Assembly: GCA_902805735.1 (NCBI GenBank)
Contig: CADCTW010000187.1
Location: forward strand, 2,859-66,858
DNA length: 64,000 nt
Origin: an uncultured Gemmatimonadota bacterium
Lineage (GTDB): Bacteria; Gemmatimonadota; Gemmatimonadetes; Longimicrobiales; Longimicrobiaceae
Reading direction: 5' to 3'
Shown here: positions 28,644 through 37,415 of the stretch, piece after piece
Numbering within the stretch: position 1 is the stretch's first letter
Layout of the letters: each line of letters starts with the position of its first letter
Program-made: the position numbers and the translations under genes
The notes under the pieces: generated by a model
Databases searched by the model: none
Told to the model about the DNA's origin: nothing
What the model saw: the letters and a program-made list of their open reading frames with translations, nothing else

Positions 28644-30335
28644 TTAGCGTGGTGATACGACCACTCGAACCCAGATCGTCTTCGATGCCGCCACGCGGAT
28701 GGTCTCCCCCGAGGCGTCGGCCAGGTGCCAGTGCTCTTCCGCGATTCCCGGGACGGGCGGCGCGCGCATGGCAACTTCGAACGTATGGTTCTCCCCAGGT
28801 TCCACGGTGTCGGCCAATGCCACCCGGTGCACATCGCCGGAGAGGGGAGCGGGGTTCGTAACTCGCCGCAGCGTGATGCCGGGGTGCCACGCGCAGGAAC
28901 CGCCGTTGCGCAGTGTCCAACGCTTTGTGAACCGCCCTCCCGCCACGAGTATGGTGTCGTCAGGAACGGTCTCGCCGACAAATCGCGCAACAGCATCCGC
29001 GCTGGTGCAAGGCAAGGCTGGACGAACGTAGACGCGGACCTTCGCCCATATCGTGTTCGAGCTGCTCACCGGCACCAGTGCCCCCTCCGCGTCACGCAGG
29101 CTCCAATCTTCGCGGTGCACTCCTTCGCGGGTAGGTGCCTTCATCGGCACCACCACAGTATACGTGTCGCCGGGCGGCACAAGCCGCCGGAGGGGTAGGC
29201 GAGGCGAGGTGAGCGACAGCCGGCCACCCGAACCGCCCTCCAGCCGTACGAAGAAGCGCGAGTCCCACTCGCACGCGCCTGTGTTGCGCAGCGTCCAACT
29301 CTTGGTGAAGGGCTCCGCCGGCCGGAGCGGGACGTTGTCCGGGTAGCTCTCCCGGACGAACCGTGCTACTGCGGATCCGGCAACACAAGGCATCCCCGTG
29401 CGCTCCAGGGGTGACCGTCCCGATACGTTCGGAAAGGGGCGTGTCTCGACGGTGCCGATCGATCCGGCATCTCGCGCGAACGAAATGACGAGAGTGGTGG
29501 CGGCGACGACTGCACCCGCCGCGATCCACCCTTTCCTGTGGTGCTGCGTTCGCGTTTCACGCAACGCTGGCTCAAGCACCGCCTCGTGATCGTCTTGCGG
29601 CGGAGGAGAGCCGGCGCGGAGCGGAGGTGGGGCTGACGCGACTTCGGTGACGCGGATCTCTCGCGCCAGCGCCATGGTGTCGGGGTCCGGCGAGCCGCCG
29701 ATTTCCTGCGCCAGCCAGCGCGAAAACTCGTCGAAGTGCTGGAGTGCCGCGTTGCGCTCGCCTGCGCGGGCAAGCGCCGTCATGATCCGCCGATGTGCTG
29801 ACTCGTAGAGCGGGTCCACGTCAGCGGCGCGCCTGGCGAGGCGCAGCGCCCGGGCCCAATCACCCGCTTTCTCCGATCCCGCGCTCCGTTCGTCCAACAT
29901 TCGGAGTGCCCGGGCGCGGAGCCCGGCGCGTGTGGCATCCGCCCACGTTTGGAAATCCTCCGCTCCGAGTCCCGCCTCGAACCCATCCAGAAAGGGCCTC
30001 GTGTAGACGGATAGCTCCTCGTCGGATTCCGATGTGAAGACGTCGAGATCGCTCTTGAGCGGCCCCTCCCATGAAACGCTGTCGCGTCCTACAACGAGAG
30101 CTCCCGTTGCTTGCTGGATTCGCCGCAGCGACTGGGTGAGCGAATGCCGCGCCCGTTCCTCCGCAGTATCACCCCACAGAAGTGTCGCCAGCTGTGAGCG
30201 CGCGTGTCGTCGGTCACGCTCGACCGAGAGATAGACGAGGAGAGCGACGTCCTTGCGGCGAATCTCGGGAACCGCTCGTCCCTCGTCATCGAGGAGGACC
30301 GGGAGGCCGAAGGTTCGCAGGTAGAGTCCAGCCAT
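28644..30335 (-). CDS. Membrane-spanning SARP/BTAD-type regulator with two C-terminal NBR1-like Ig domains
   Basis: LRTFG...ALLVYL...RSQLATLLW...ARHSLTQ (wHTH); DPLYESAHRRIM...G.R.AAL...P.P.T (BTAD); TM WIAAGAVVAATTLVISFA; two copies of FTKxWTLRNxGxCxW...VxPG...MxAP...ExW. Confidence 0.8.
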   Translation of the reverse strand: MAGLYLRTFGLPVLLDDEGRAVPEIRRKDVALLVYLSVERDRRHARSQLATLLWGDTAEERARHSLTQSLRRIQQATGALVVGRDSVSWEGPLKSDLDVFTSESDEELSVYTRPFLDGFEAGLGAEDFQTWADATRAGLRARALRMLDERSAGSEKAGDWARALRLARRAADVDPLYESAHRRIMTALARAGERNAALQHFDEFSRWLAQEIGGSPDPDTMALAREIRVTEVASAPPPLRAGSPPPQDDHEAVLEPALRETRTQHHRKGWIAAGAVVAATTLVISFARDAGSIGTVETRPFPNVSGRSPLERTGMPCVAGSAVARFVRESYPDNVPLRPAEPFTKSWTLRNTGACEWDSRFFVRLEGGSGGRLSLTSPRLPLRRLVPPGDTYTVVVPMKAPTREGVHREDWSLRDAEGALVPVSSSNTIWAKVRVYVRPALPCTSADAVARFVGETVPDDTILVAGGRFTKRWTLRNGGSCAWHPGITLRRVTNPAPLSGDVHRVALADTVEPGENHTFEVAMRAPPVPGIAEEHWHLADASGETIRVAASKTIWVRVVVSPR

Positions 30336-30600
30336 GGCCAGATCCTCCGCGTGTGCCGGTTCGGGCGGGTACACTGATCCGACCGCCATTATACGTCCGG
30401 ATGCGCTCCACGGGAATGGCCCTTTGAGGGTGTCATGGTGACGTGCGGATGCGTGCGGCGGCTGTCCAGTGGCCGCACAAAGATGACCGGTGGCGTGAGC
30501 GGGAGAAATGCGGATCGCGTGCGTCCACGGCCTGATCATGGGAACACCTGATTTCGCGATCCCCGCGACAGGGGAACCACACTCACGTTCCGGAGGACCC

Positions 30601-31188
30601 ATGCCCCTCTCCACGCGTACGCCGGTCGCAGTTATCGTCGCTATCCTCATCGCTGCGCCCAACACGGGATGCGGCGGCCTCCCAGTTACACGCGTGACAG
30701 TACAGTCGTTCGAAGCCCGTAGCGTCCGCACCGACCCGGGCGCCGCATTCAACGTAGTGAGCGCGGCACTCGTGGAGCGTGGGTTCGACATCAAGACCGC
30801 GAACCGCGATGCCGGCCTGCTCACGACCGAGTACCAGAAGTTCGCTTCCGAGGGAAGTAACCCCCCCTTCGACTACCTGCTCCAGATCCGCACCACGGTC
30901 AACCGAGGCGCTGACGGCCGAGTCGCGGTGAAGATGACCCCCGTCGTGCGTGAGCAGAACCGGCTGAACGCGGCGGCGTTCACCGAACATGAGCTCAGCT
31001 ACTACACGGGAGAGCCCCAGCGAATCCGGATGATCAAGAGCATGCGCGCCGACGGGTGGCGCAGTCGCGGCCAGACCCTCTTCGTGAATGTGGCGAGCGA
31101 CGTGGCGGCAAAGCTGGGTACCACGCTGGAGGATCTCCAGAAGAATCTCACGGAGACCAGCGCCAGCGCCCTGACCGCCAAGGAGTAG
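30601..31188 (+). CDS. Hypothetical exported (lipo)protein
   Basis: GGAGG RBS, hydrophobic N-terminus ending TGC, ALVERGFDIKTANRDAGLLTTEY. Confidence 0.7.
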   Translation: MPLSTRTPVAVIVAILIAAPNTGCGGLPVTRVTVQSFEARSVRTDPGAAFNVVSAALVERGFDIKTANRDAGLLTTEYQKFASEGSNPPFDYLLQIRTTVNRGADGRVAVKMTPVVREQNRLNAAAFTEHELSYYTGEPQRIRMIKSMRADGWRSRGQTLFVNVASDVAAKLGTTLEDLQKNLTETSASALTAKE

Positions 31189-31232
31189 AGCACCTCATGA
31201 CTTCACCACCCATTACCGTCCAGAGGTGCTCG

Positions 31233-34200
31233 ATGCGCATACACACGCTGCGCGCGGCGTTGCCGCGCTTCCCAGGTTTGGTCATGCTGGTGTTGGCCGT
31301 CGCGCTCGCCGGCGGCTGCGACAGGAATGGCACCAGTTCCGGCGGTAGTGTCACCGCCGCGCAGCCCGCCTCCATCAGGCTGAATCACTCCGAGTTGGTG
31401 GTCGATGATGGAGCCTCCGCCACCCTGCTGGCGACCGTAAGAGATCGGGATGAGAACGCTCTACCCACGCCTGTGGCCTGGCGGAGCCTAGACCCGCAGA
31501 TCGCGAGCGTTTCCGCAGGAACGATCACGGCCAACCATCCAGGTGAAACCAGAATCATCGCTGAAGCGGGCAGCTTGAAAGCCGAAGCGCGGGTAGTGGT
31601 GCGTCCTGTTCCGACCTCGATGGCGGTGGTATCGGGCGATGGGCAGACTGGCCCAGTGGGAACCCCATTGGGGGCACCGCTCGTCGTACGGGTCACCGAT
31701 CGCCACGCACGCGGCGTCAGCGGAGTGGCCGTTCGCTTCGTTGCGGCCCCCCACGGGGGAAGCGTCGCCCCGGCCGATGTGGTCACCGATGCAGGTGGGG
31801 AGGCGCGCACCGTGTGGACCCTCCCCGCGCGCATGGGAACCCCGCGCGTGGATGTATCGACGGCACGCGTGGCGGGCTCGAGCCTCGGCTTCCACGCCAC
31901 CGCTGTCGCGGGACCGGTCGCCGCGGTCCAGCGCATCGGGGGGGACGGACAGTCCGGTATCGCGGGCGGCGCACTCCCGATCCCGCTGACGGTGCTGGCT
32001 ACTGACGGGTCTGGAAACGCCGTGGCAGGTGCGGCCGTAACGTGGGCGATCAAGGTCGGGAGCGGGTCGTTGACGCCGCTGACGGGGACCACCGGTCTCG
32101 ACGGAAGGGCGGAGGCACGCTGGACGCTCGGCGCAGCCTCAGGGGCACAATCCACCGAGGCAGCCGTTGCGGGACGGACTGTGTCATTCGGCGCGGCTGC
32201 CTTCGGCGCACCGACCGTCACCACGGGGGCGGTACAGCAGGTCACAGCCACCACCGCGCGATTCTCCGGAATAGCACGGGCGAACGGCGCATCCTCGACG
32301 GCTTGGTTCGAATGGTTGCCGGATACCACCAAGACCACCCCGAGCCGGAGCAGCGCCGCCGACGTTCCCGCGGCGGTGGAGGCGCTTGGGATTGCGGCGT
32401 CCCCGGAGGGGCTGACACCTGCAACCCGGTATTTCGTTCGTGCGGTCGCTGCGAACGTTGCCGGGACCCATCGCGGCGTGTGGGTGCCATTCAATACGCT
32501 CGCCACCGTCCCCGATGCTCCTGGGCAGCTGATCGCCACAACGGCTGGCACCACGCGTGTCGATCTGGGTTGGCGCGAAGTCAGCGATCGAACGGCCACG
32601 TACCGCGTGGAGCGAGTTCAGGGCACCGGTTGGGCGCAGATTGGGACGACCTCCACACCACAGTACACGGACAGCGGTCTGACACCCTCGACTCCGTACC
32701 GATACAGGGTCCGCGCGTGCAACTCAGCCGGATGCTCAGGCTACTCGGCGGAGGCGTCGGCGACCACCGAAGCTCCACCGCAACCTCTGCCGCCGGCGGC
32801 AAGCACAGGTAACGCCTCGGACGTGACGGCGACTGCCGCCGTGTTCGCAGCGACCGTCGCTGCGAACGGTTCCGGAACGCAAGTTCACTTCGAGTATGGT
32901 ACGAGCGCTACGCTGGTCGGGGCGGCATCCACCCCGCCGCAGGCACTGGGGGGGGACTCGGCCGACGCGCCGGTGAGCGCGACGGTGAGTGGACTCACCC
33001 CGGGAACGGCTTACCATTTCCAGGTGGTGGCGACCAACAGCGCCGGCACCACGCGCGGCGGGGTCAAGAGCTTCACCACCCGGAGTTCGCCATCCCAGCT
33101 TCCCGATCTCACGATCAACGCGGCTGTCGCATCCTCGTATTCGGCCGGCGAGGGAGGAGTCCAGGTTCGCGTCACAGTGAGCCGATCCGGTGGGTCTCTT
33201 TCGGGCAGCAACCACGTCCGTGCGAATCTCTACTGGTCGCAGGACGCCCGCTGGGATACGGGCGATGTACAGCTCTGGGCCAGCAATAACGGGGGTACGC
33301 CCGACTTCCCGCTGGATGTGCTGAATACCTCCGGCAGCCGGTCCGTGACCGCGACGATTACGGTTCCGGCTGCCGCTGCGGGCGCGTACAACCTGATCGC
33401 GGTGGTGGACGGAGAGCGTTACTTCGAGGAGGTCAACGAGAGCAACAACGCAGTCTCATACCCGGTGTCCCTTAACCAGCCGGGGCCGGCCATCAACTCG
33501 GTGAGCCCTAATCCTGTAGTTGGCTCCACTGTCGACCAGCCGCTTACTCTTACCGGTACCCACTTCCTTGCCGGGGCAACCGCTCGTGTGTGGTTCCCGG
33601 GCGGCCCGACGGAGGGGGTGCTCCTGAGCGGGGCACAGGTAACCGTGCTGAGCGCCACCTCCATTCGGCTTCTGGTCCGGACCGGGACTACGGCGGCAGT
33701 GTGGAACGTGCAGGTATTCAACCCCGGGGGGGTGGCGTCCAATCGAGCGTCATTCTCCGTGGCTGCGCCAGCCGCACCAACTGGATTTACCTGGCCGACG
33801 GACCCAAATACAGCATCCAACGGCAGCTACGCAGCATGCGGCGACTGGCCCGGCGTGTCTGGCGCCTGCTTCTGGCTTAGTGCGGCTGGCTGGCGGGACG
33901 CGCAGCCGTTCCAGAAGCACCTCTCCCGGTTCGGCTACCACTTGGGTGCGGACTGGAACCTCGGGTCCGGCAGCAACGACCAGAACCTGCCGGTATACGC
34001 GCTCGCAAACGGCGTCGTGAGCCGTGTGCTTCCGAGCTACTCCCCAGCGTGGGGGAACATCGTGTTCGTTCGTCATACCACTCCGGCGGGCACCTATACA
34101 TCAATGTACGCGCACGTGAACTGGAACCCCTCTGGACCGCCAATCACTGGATCAACGGTGGCCCGAGGGCAACAGATAGCACGGATCGGGAATGCGAACG

Positions 34201-34346
34201 GGTACTACGGAAGCGCCTACCACCTCCATCTGGAGATCCGCAAAGGCGACAACACTACGCCGGGCGCGGGGTACACATCCTCCCGCGTGACTGAGGGCCC
34301 ACAGGCCCAAATCGATCCGAATAGCTTTATCGCGACGCACCGCTGA
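31233..34346 (+). CDS. Large lipoprotein: Ig-like (Big) x3, FN3-like x3, CARDB-like, IPT-like, C-terminal M23 peptidase
   Basis: Lipobox LAGGC; SGDGQTG Big repeats; FN3 GLTPSTPYRYRVRACN; EVNESNN; M23 zinc motifs HLGAD and HLHLE. Alternative start at 31197. Confidence 0.8.
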   Translation: MRIHTLRAALPRFPGLVMLVLAVALAGGCDRNGTSSGGSVTAAQPASIRLNHSELVVDDGASATLLATVRDRDENALPTPVAWRSLDPQIASVSAGTITANHPGETRIIAEAGSLKAEARVVVRPVPTSMAVVSGDGQTGPVGTPLGAPLVVRVTDRHARGVSGVAVRFVAAPHGGSVAPADVVTDAGGEARTVWTLPARMGTPRVDVSTARVAGSSLGFHATAVAGPVAAVQRIGGDGQSGIAGGALPIPLTVLATDGSGNAVAGAAVTWAIKVGSGSLTPLTGTTGLDGRAEARWTLGAASGAQSTEAAVAGRTVSFGAAAFGAPTVTTGAVQQVTATTARFSGIARANGASSTAWFEWLPDTTKTTPSRSSAADVPAAVEALGIAASPEGLTPATRYFVRAVAANVAGTHRGVWVPFNTLATVPDAPGQLIATTAGTTRVDLGWREVSDRTATYRVERVQGTGWAQIGTTSTPQYTDSGLTPSTPYRYRVRACNSAGCSGYSAEASATTEAPPQPLPPAASTGNASDVTATAAVFAATVAANGSGTQVHFEYGTSATLVGAASTPPQALGGDSADAPVSATVSGLTPGTAYHFQVVATNSAGTTRGGVKSFTTRSSPSQLPDLTINAAVASSYSAGEGGVQVRVTVSRSGGSLSGSNHVRANLYWSQDARWDTGDVQLWASNNGGTPDFPLDVLNTSGSRSVTATITVPAAAAGAYNLIAVVDGERYFEEVNESNNAVSYPVSLNQPGPAINSVSPNPVVGSTVDQPLTLTGTHFLAGATARVWFPGGPTEGVLLSGAQVTVLSATSIRLLVRTGTTAAVWNVQVFNPGGVASNRASFSVAAPAAPTGFTWPTDPNTASNGSYAACGDWPGVSGACFWLSAAGWRDAQPFQKHLSRFGYHLGADWNLGSGSNDQNLPVYALANGVVSRVLPSYSPAWGNIVFVRHTTPAGTYTSMYAHVNWNPSGPPITGSTVARGQQIARIGNANGYYGSAYHLHLEIRKGDNTTPGAGYTSSRVTEGPQAQIDPNSFIATHR

Positions 34347-34391
34347 TTCACCCACGCGGGCACGTACTCCGTTGCACGATACGTGAAAGAA

Positions 34392-34425
34392 CGAAGGGGC
34401 GGATCCCAAACGGGTCCCCCCTTCG
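34392..34425. terminator. Hairpin between the convergent M23 and lon genes
   Basis: CGAAGGGGCGGATCCC-AAAC-GGGTCCCCCCTTCG. Confidence 0.55.
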
Positions 34426-34453
34426 GCTCGCCTGCACGGCACAAGAAACACCA

Positions 34454-36889
34454 TTATGCTTCCGCGGCGGCCTGACGCTCACGGCCGCCGTGCTCGGGCT
34501 CGTCCTTCTCGGTGCGCACCGGCAGGGTGGCGGCCTTGTTGGTGGGGTCGCCCGTGAGGGCGATGTCGAAGACCTCGTCCATGCGGTCCACGAAGTGGAA
34601 GGTCATCCCCTCGCGCACGTCGGGGGGGACGTCGCGGAGGTCGCGGCGGTTGCCGCTGGGGAGAACGACCTGGCGCAGCCCCGCGCGGTAGGCGGCCAGC
34701 GTCTTCTCCTTCACGCCCCCGATCTCCAGGATCTTGCCGCGCAGCGTCACCTCGCCCGTCATGGCGATGTCGTGGCGCACGGGGCGGTCGGCCAGCGACG
34801 AGGCGATGGCCAGCGTGACCGCGGCGCCGGCGGAGGGGCCGTCCTTGGGGGTGGCGCCCACGGGGAAGTGCACGTGGATGTCGTGGTCGTTGAAGGCCTC
34901 ACGGTCGATCCCCAGCTCGTCCGCGCGCGAGCGGACGTAGGAGAAGGCGGCGTTCACCGACTCGCGCATCACGTCGCCCAGCAGGCCCGTGATGATCAGG
35001 CGGCCGGTGCCCGGCATCTTGAGCGCCTCGATGAACATCAGCTCGCCCCCCGACGCCGTCCACGCCAGGCCGGTGACCACGCCCACCTCGGGGCGCTGCT
35101 CGGCCGCGGTGGTGCTGTAGCGCGGGTAGCCGAGCACCTCCTCGATCAGCTCGGGGGTCAGTGTCCACCGCTTGCCGTCCGGATTCTGCGCCTTGTCGTG
35201 CGCAAGGTAGCGCATGATGGCGGCGAGCGAGCGGCGCAGGTTGCCCACGCCGGCGTCGCGGGCGTAGCCGCGGGTGAGGAAGAGGAGCGTCTCGTCGGAG
35301 ATGGAGACCTCGTCCGTGCTCAGCCCGTGCTCTTCCACGATGCGCGGGAAGAGCCACTCGCGCGCGATGGCGATCTTCTCCTCCGGCGTGTACCCGGCGA
35401 TGCGGATCTCGATGAACAGGTTGCGCAGGTCGCGGGGGATGCGGTAGAAATCCGACGCGCTCCCGATGAAGAAGGCCCGCGACAGGTCGAAGGCCATGTC
35501 CAGGTAGCGGTCCACGAACTCCTCGCGCCCCTCCGCGTCCAGCACCTCCTCCAGCGCCTCCACCGGGTCGCCTTCCACGTTCCCCAGCCCCACCTCGTCC
35601 AGCTCTTCCAGCAGCACCACGGCGTCGCGCGTGCCGGCGTCGCTGAGGGCGGCCATGATCTTTCCGAGCTGCGCGCCGGGGCGCGTGCGGCGCGTGCCCA
35701 CCAGCTGCCCCTCGCCGCGCCCGCCCAGCTCCAGCCGCACGAAGGGGCGCCCCAGCCCCCGCGCGATGGCGGCGGCCAGGGTGCGCTTGCCCACTCCGGG
35801 AGGGCCCACCAGGCAGGGAATGGGGCCGCGCAGGTCGCCCCGCAGCTCCGCCACGGCGATCACCTCCAGCAGGCGGCGCTTGGCCTCCTCCATCCCCAGG
35901 TGCTCCGCGTCGATGGCGGCCTCCACGCTCTCCAGCACGATCCCGTCGCGCTCCGAGCGCTTGGTCCAGGGGACGGCGATGAGGGTGTCCAGGTAGGCGC
36001 GGATCTCCGACGCCTCGGTGGAGGTGACCGAAGGGGAGCGCAGCCGCTCCGCTTCGCGCCGCGCCACGGCGGCGATGCGCGGGGGCAGCTTGGCCTGCTC
36101 CACCTTGCGCAGCACCTCGTTGGTCTCGCGCTCCACCGGGTCCAGGTCGCCCAGCTCGGCCTGCAGCGCCTGGATGCGCTTGCGGATCGCGTTGCTGCGC
36201 TCGCGGCCCTGCGGAGGCAGCGGCGCCGCGCCGGGGGACTCGGCCTCGGGGCCCTCCAGCTGCCGGAGGTGCTCCAGCTCCGCCTCCAGCGTCCGCAGCA
36301 CCACGCGCAGCCGCTCGCCCACGTCCAGCGCCTGCAGCACGGCGTCGCGGTCGGGGACCTTGAAGTTGCACAGCGTGGCCGCCAGGTCCGCGAAGCGCCC
36401 CGGGTCGCTCAGGTTCATGCGCAGGATGCGCGGCACCTCGTCCGAGATGCGCTCCACGCGCGCCGCCACCCCGCCCAGCGCGGTGAGGATCCGCTCCACC
36501 AGCGGCTCCGCGACCTCGGGGGGCGCGGCGATCTCCTCCACGGGCACCGCGACGGCCGTGTAGAAGCCGTCGGCGAGCTGCACGTCCGCCAGGCGCACGC
36601 GGCGCAGCCCCTGGAGGGTGGCCTGGATGGTGCCGCCGGGGAGGTTGAGGCGGTCCAGCACGCGCACCACGGAGGCCACCTTCTCCAGCGTGGGCGAGTC
36701 GATGGCGCCGTCTTCCATCGTGGAGACGGTGGCCACCTGCAGGTCCGGCTCGGGATGCGCGGCCAGCGCCTCCACGTTGGGGCCAAAGCCGATCTGGAGC
36801 GCCGTGGCGCCCCCGGGAAAGACCACCGTGCTGCGGATGGGAAGCACGGGTACGCGGTCGGGACTCGTCGTGCGTTTGTTGGCTGGCAT
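34454..36889 (-). CDS. LonA-architecture S16 protease paralog with a degenerate AAA+ module
   Basis: LON N domain (PVLPIRSTVVFPG), AAA-like region, PKDGPSAG Ser with Lys 43 residues later (GGVKEK). Confidence 0.9.
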   Translation of the reverse strand: MPANKRTTSPDRVPVLPIRSTVVFPGGATALQIGFGPNVEALAAHPEPDLQVATVSTMEDGAIDSPTLEKVASVVRVLDRLNLPGGTIQATLQGLRRVRLADVQLADGFYTAVAVPVEEIAAPPEVAEPLVERILTALGGVAARVERISDEVPRILRMNLSDPGRFADLAATLCNFKVPDRDAVLQALDVGERLRVVLRTLEAELEHLRQLEGPEAESPGAAPLPPQGRERSNAIRKRIQALQAELGDLDPVERETNEVLRKVEQAKLPPRIAAVARREAERLRSPSVTSTEASEIRAYLDTLIAVPWTKRSERDGIVLESVEAAIDAEHLGMEEAKRRLLEVIAVAELRGDLRGPIPCLVGPPGVGKRTLAAAIARGLGRPFVRLELGGRGEGQLVGTRRTRPGAQLGKIMAALSDAGTRDAVVLLEELDEVGLGNVEGDPVEALEEVLDAEGREEFVDRYLDMAFDLSRAFFIGSASDFYRIPRDLRNLFIEIRIAGYTPEEKIAIAREWLFPRIVEEHGLSTDEVSISDETLLFLTRGYARDAGVGNLRRSLAAIMRYLAHDKAQNPDGKRWTLTPELIEEVLGYPRYSTTAAEQRPEVGVVTGLAWTASGGELMFIEALKMPGTGRLIITGLLGDVMRESVNAAFSYVRSRADELGIDREAFNDHDIHVHFPVGATPKDGPSAGAAVTLAIASSLADRPVRHDIAMTGEVTLRGKILEIGGVKEKTLAAYRAGLRQVVLPSGNRRDLRDVPPDVREGMTFHFVDRMDEVFDIALTGDPTNKAATLPVRTEKDEPEHGGRERQAAAEA

Positions 36890-36894
36890 GGTCC

Positions 36895-37290
36895 TCAGCG
36901 GTTCTTCTCTGCGCCTCCCCCCGCGGCGAGGCGGGCGTCGAGCGCGTGCAAGAAGCGGGCGACGCGCCGTGCATTTGTTCCCAGGTCGGCCCTCCCCACG
37001 CGGGATGACGAGCGGAGGTCCACCCGCGTCAACCCCTTGTCATCCAATGAGATGTGGATCGCCACGTCGTCCGTGAACTTCCACAGCGCGGTGTGCGCCT
37101 CGGCCCGGATAGTCCCGGAGCGCGCGTCGGGCTCGGCCACCGTCCAGCGGGGCATGGCGCGCGCGGTGGCGAGCGCCGCGTCCCACACGGCGGCAAAGGG
37201 CACGGGGTAGGCGCGGCCCCGCAGCCGGGGATCGGCCGCGTCGGGGCGGGTCTGGGCGGCGTTGCGGGTGAGGGCGGTCCAGATGCCCAT
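36895..37290 (-). CDS. DUF1499 family protein
   Basis: WKFTDDVAI...VDLRSSSRVGRADLGTNARRV. Confidence 0.85.
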   Translation of the reverse strand: MGIWTALTRNAAQTRPDAADPRLRGRAYPVPFAAVWDAALATARAMPRWTVAEPDARSGTIRAEAHTALWKFTDDVAIHISLDDKGLTRVDLRSSSRVGRADLGTNARRVARFLHALDARLAAGGGAEKNR

Positions 37291-37337
37291 GGTGTCCCGG
37301 GGTGGCGAGGAAAGAGCGAGTCACGGAAAAAGCGCCG

Positions 37338-37352
37338 CGGTACGGTTCATGC
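37338..37352 (+). promoter_or_regulatory. Candidate sigma54 promoter
   Basis: CGGTACG-GTTC-ATGC upstream of ATG 37416. Confidence 0.4.
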
Positions 37353-37415
37353 CCGCCCGCGCCGCAGCCCCGCGCAGGGGATCGAACCTACCCGCATCGA
37401 CCTCCCGGAGAACCG

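Noticed and set aside
28480-34450. Island as a prophage, ICE or transposon
   Set aside because: I could find no integrase, transposase, phage gene, tRNA site or flanking direct repeat by eye.
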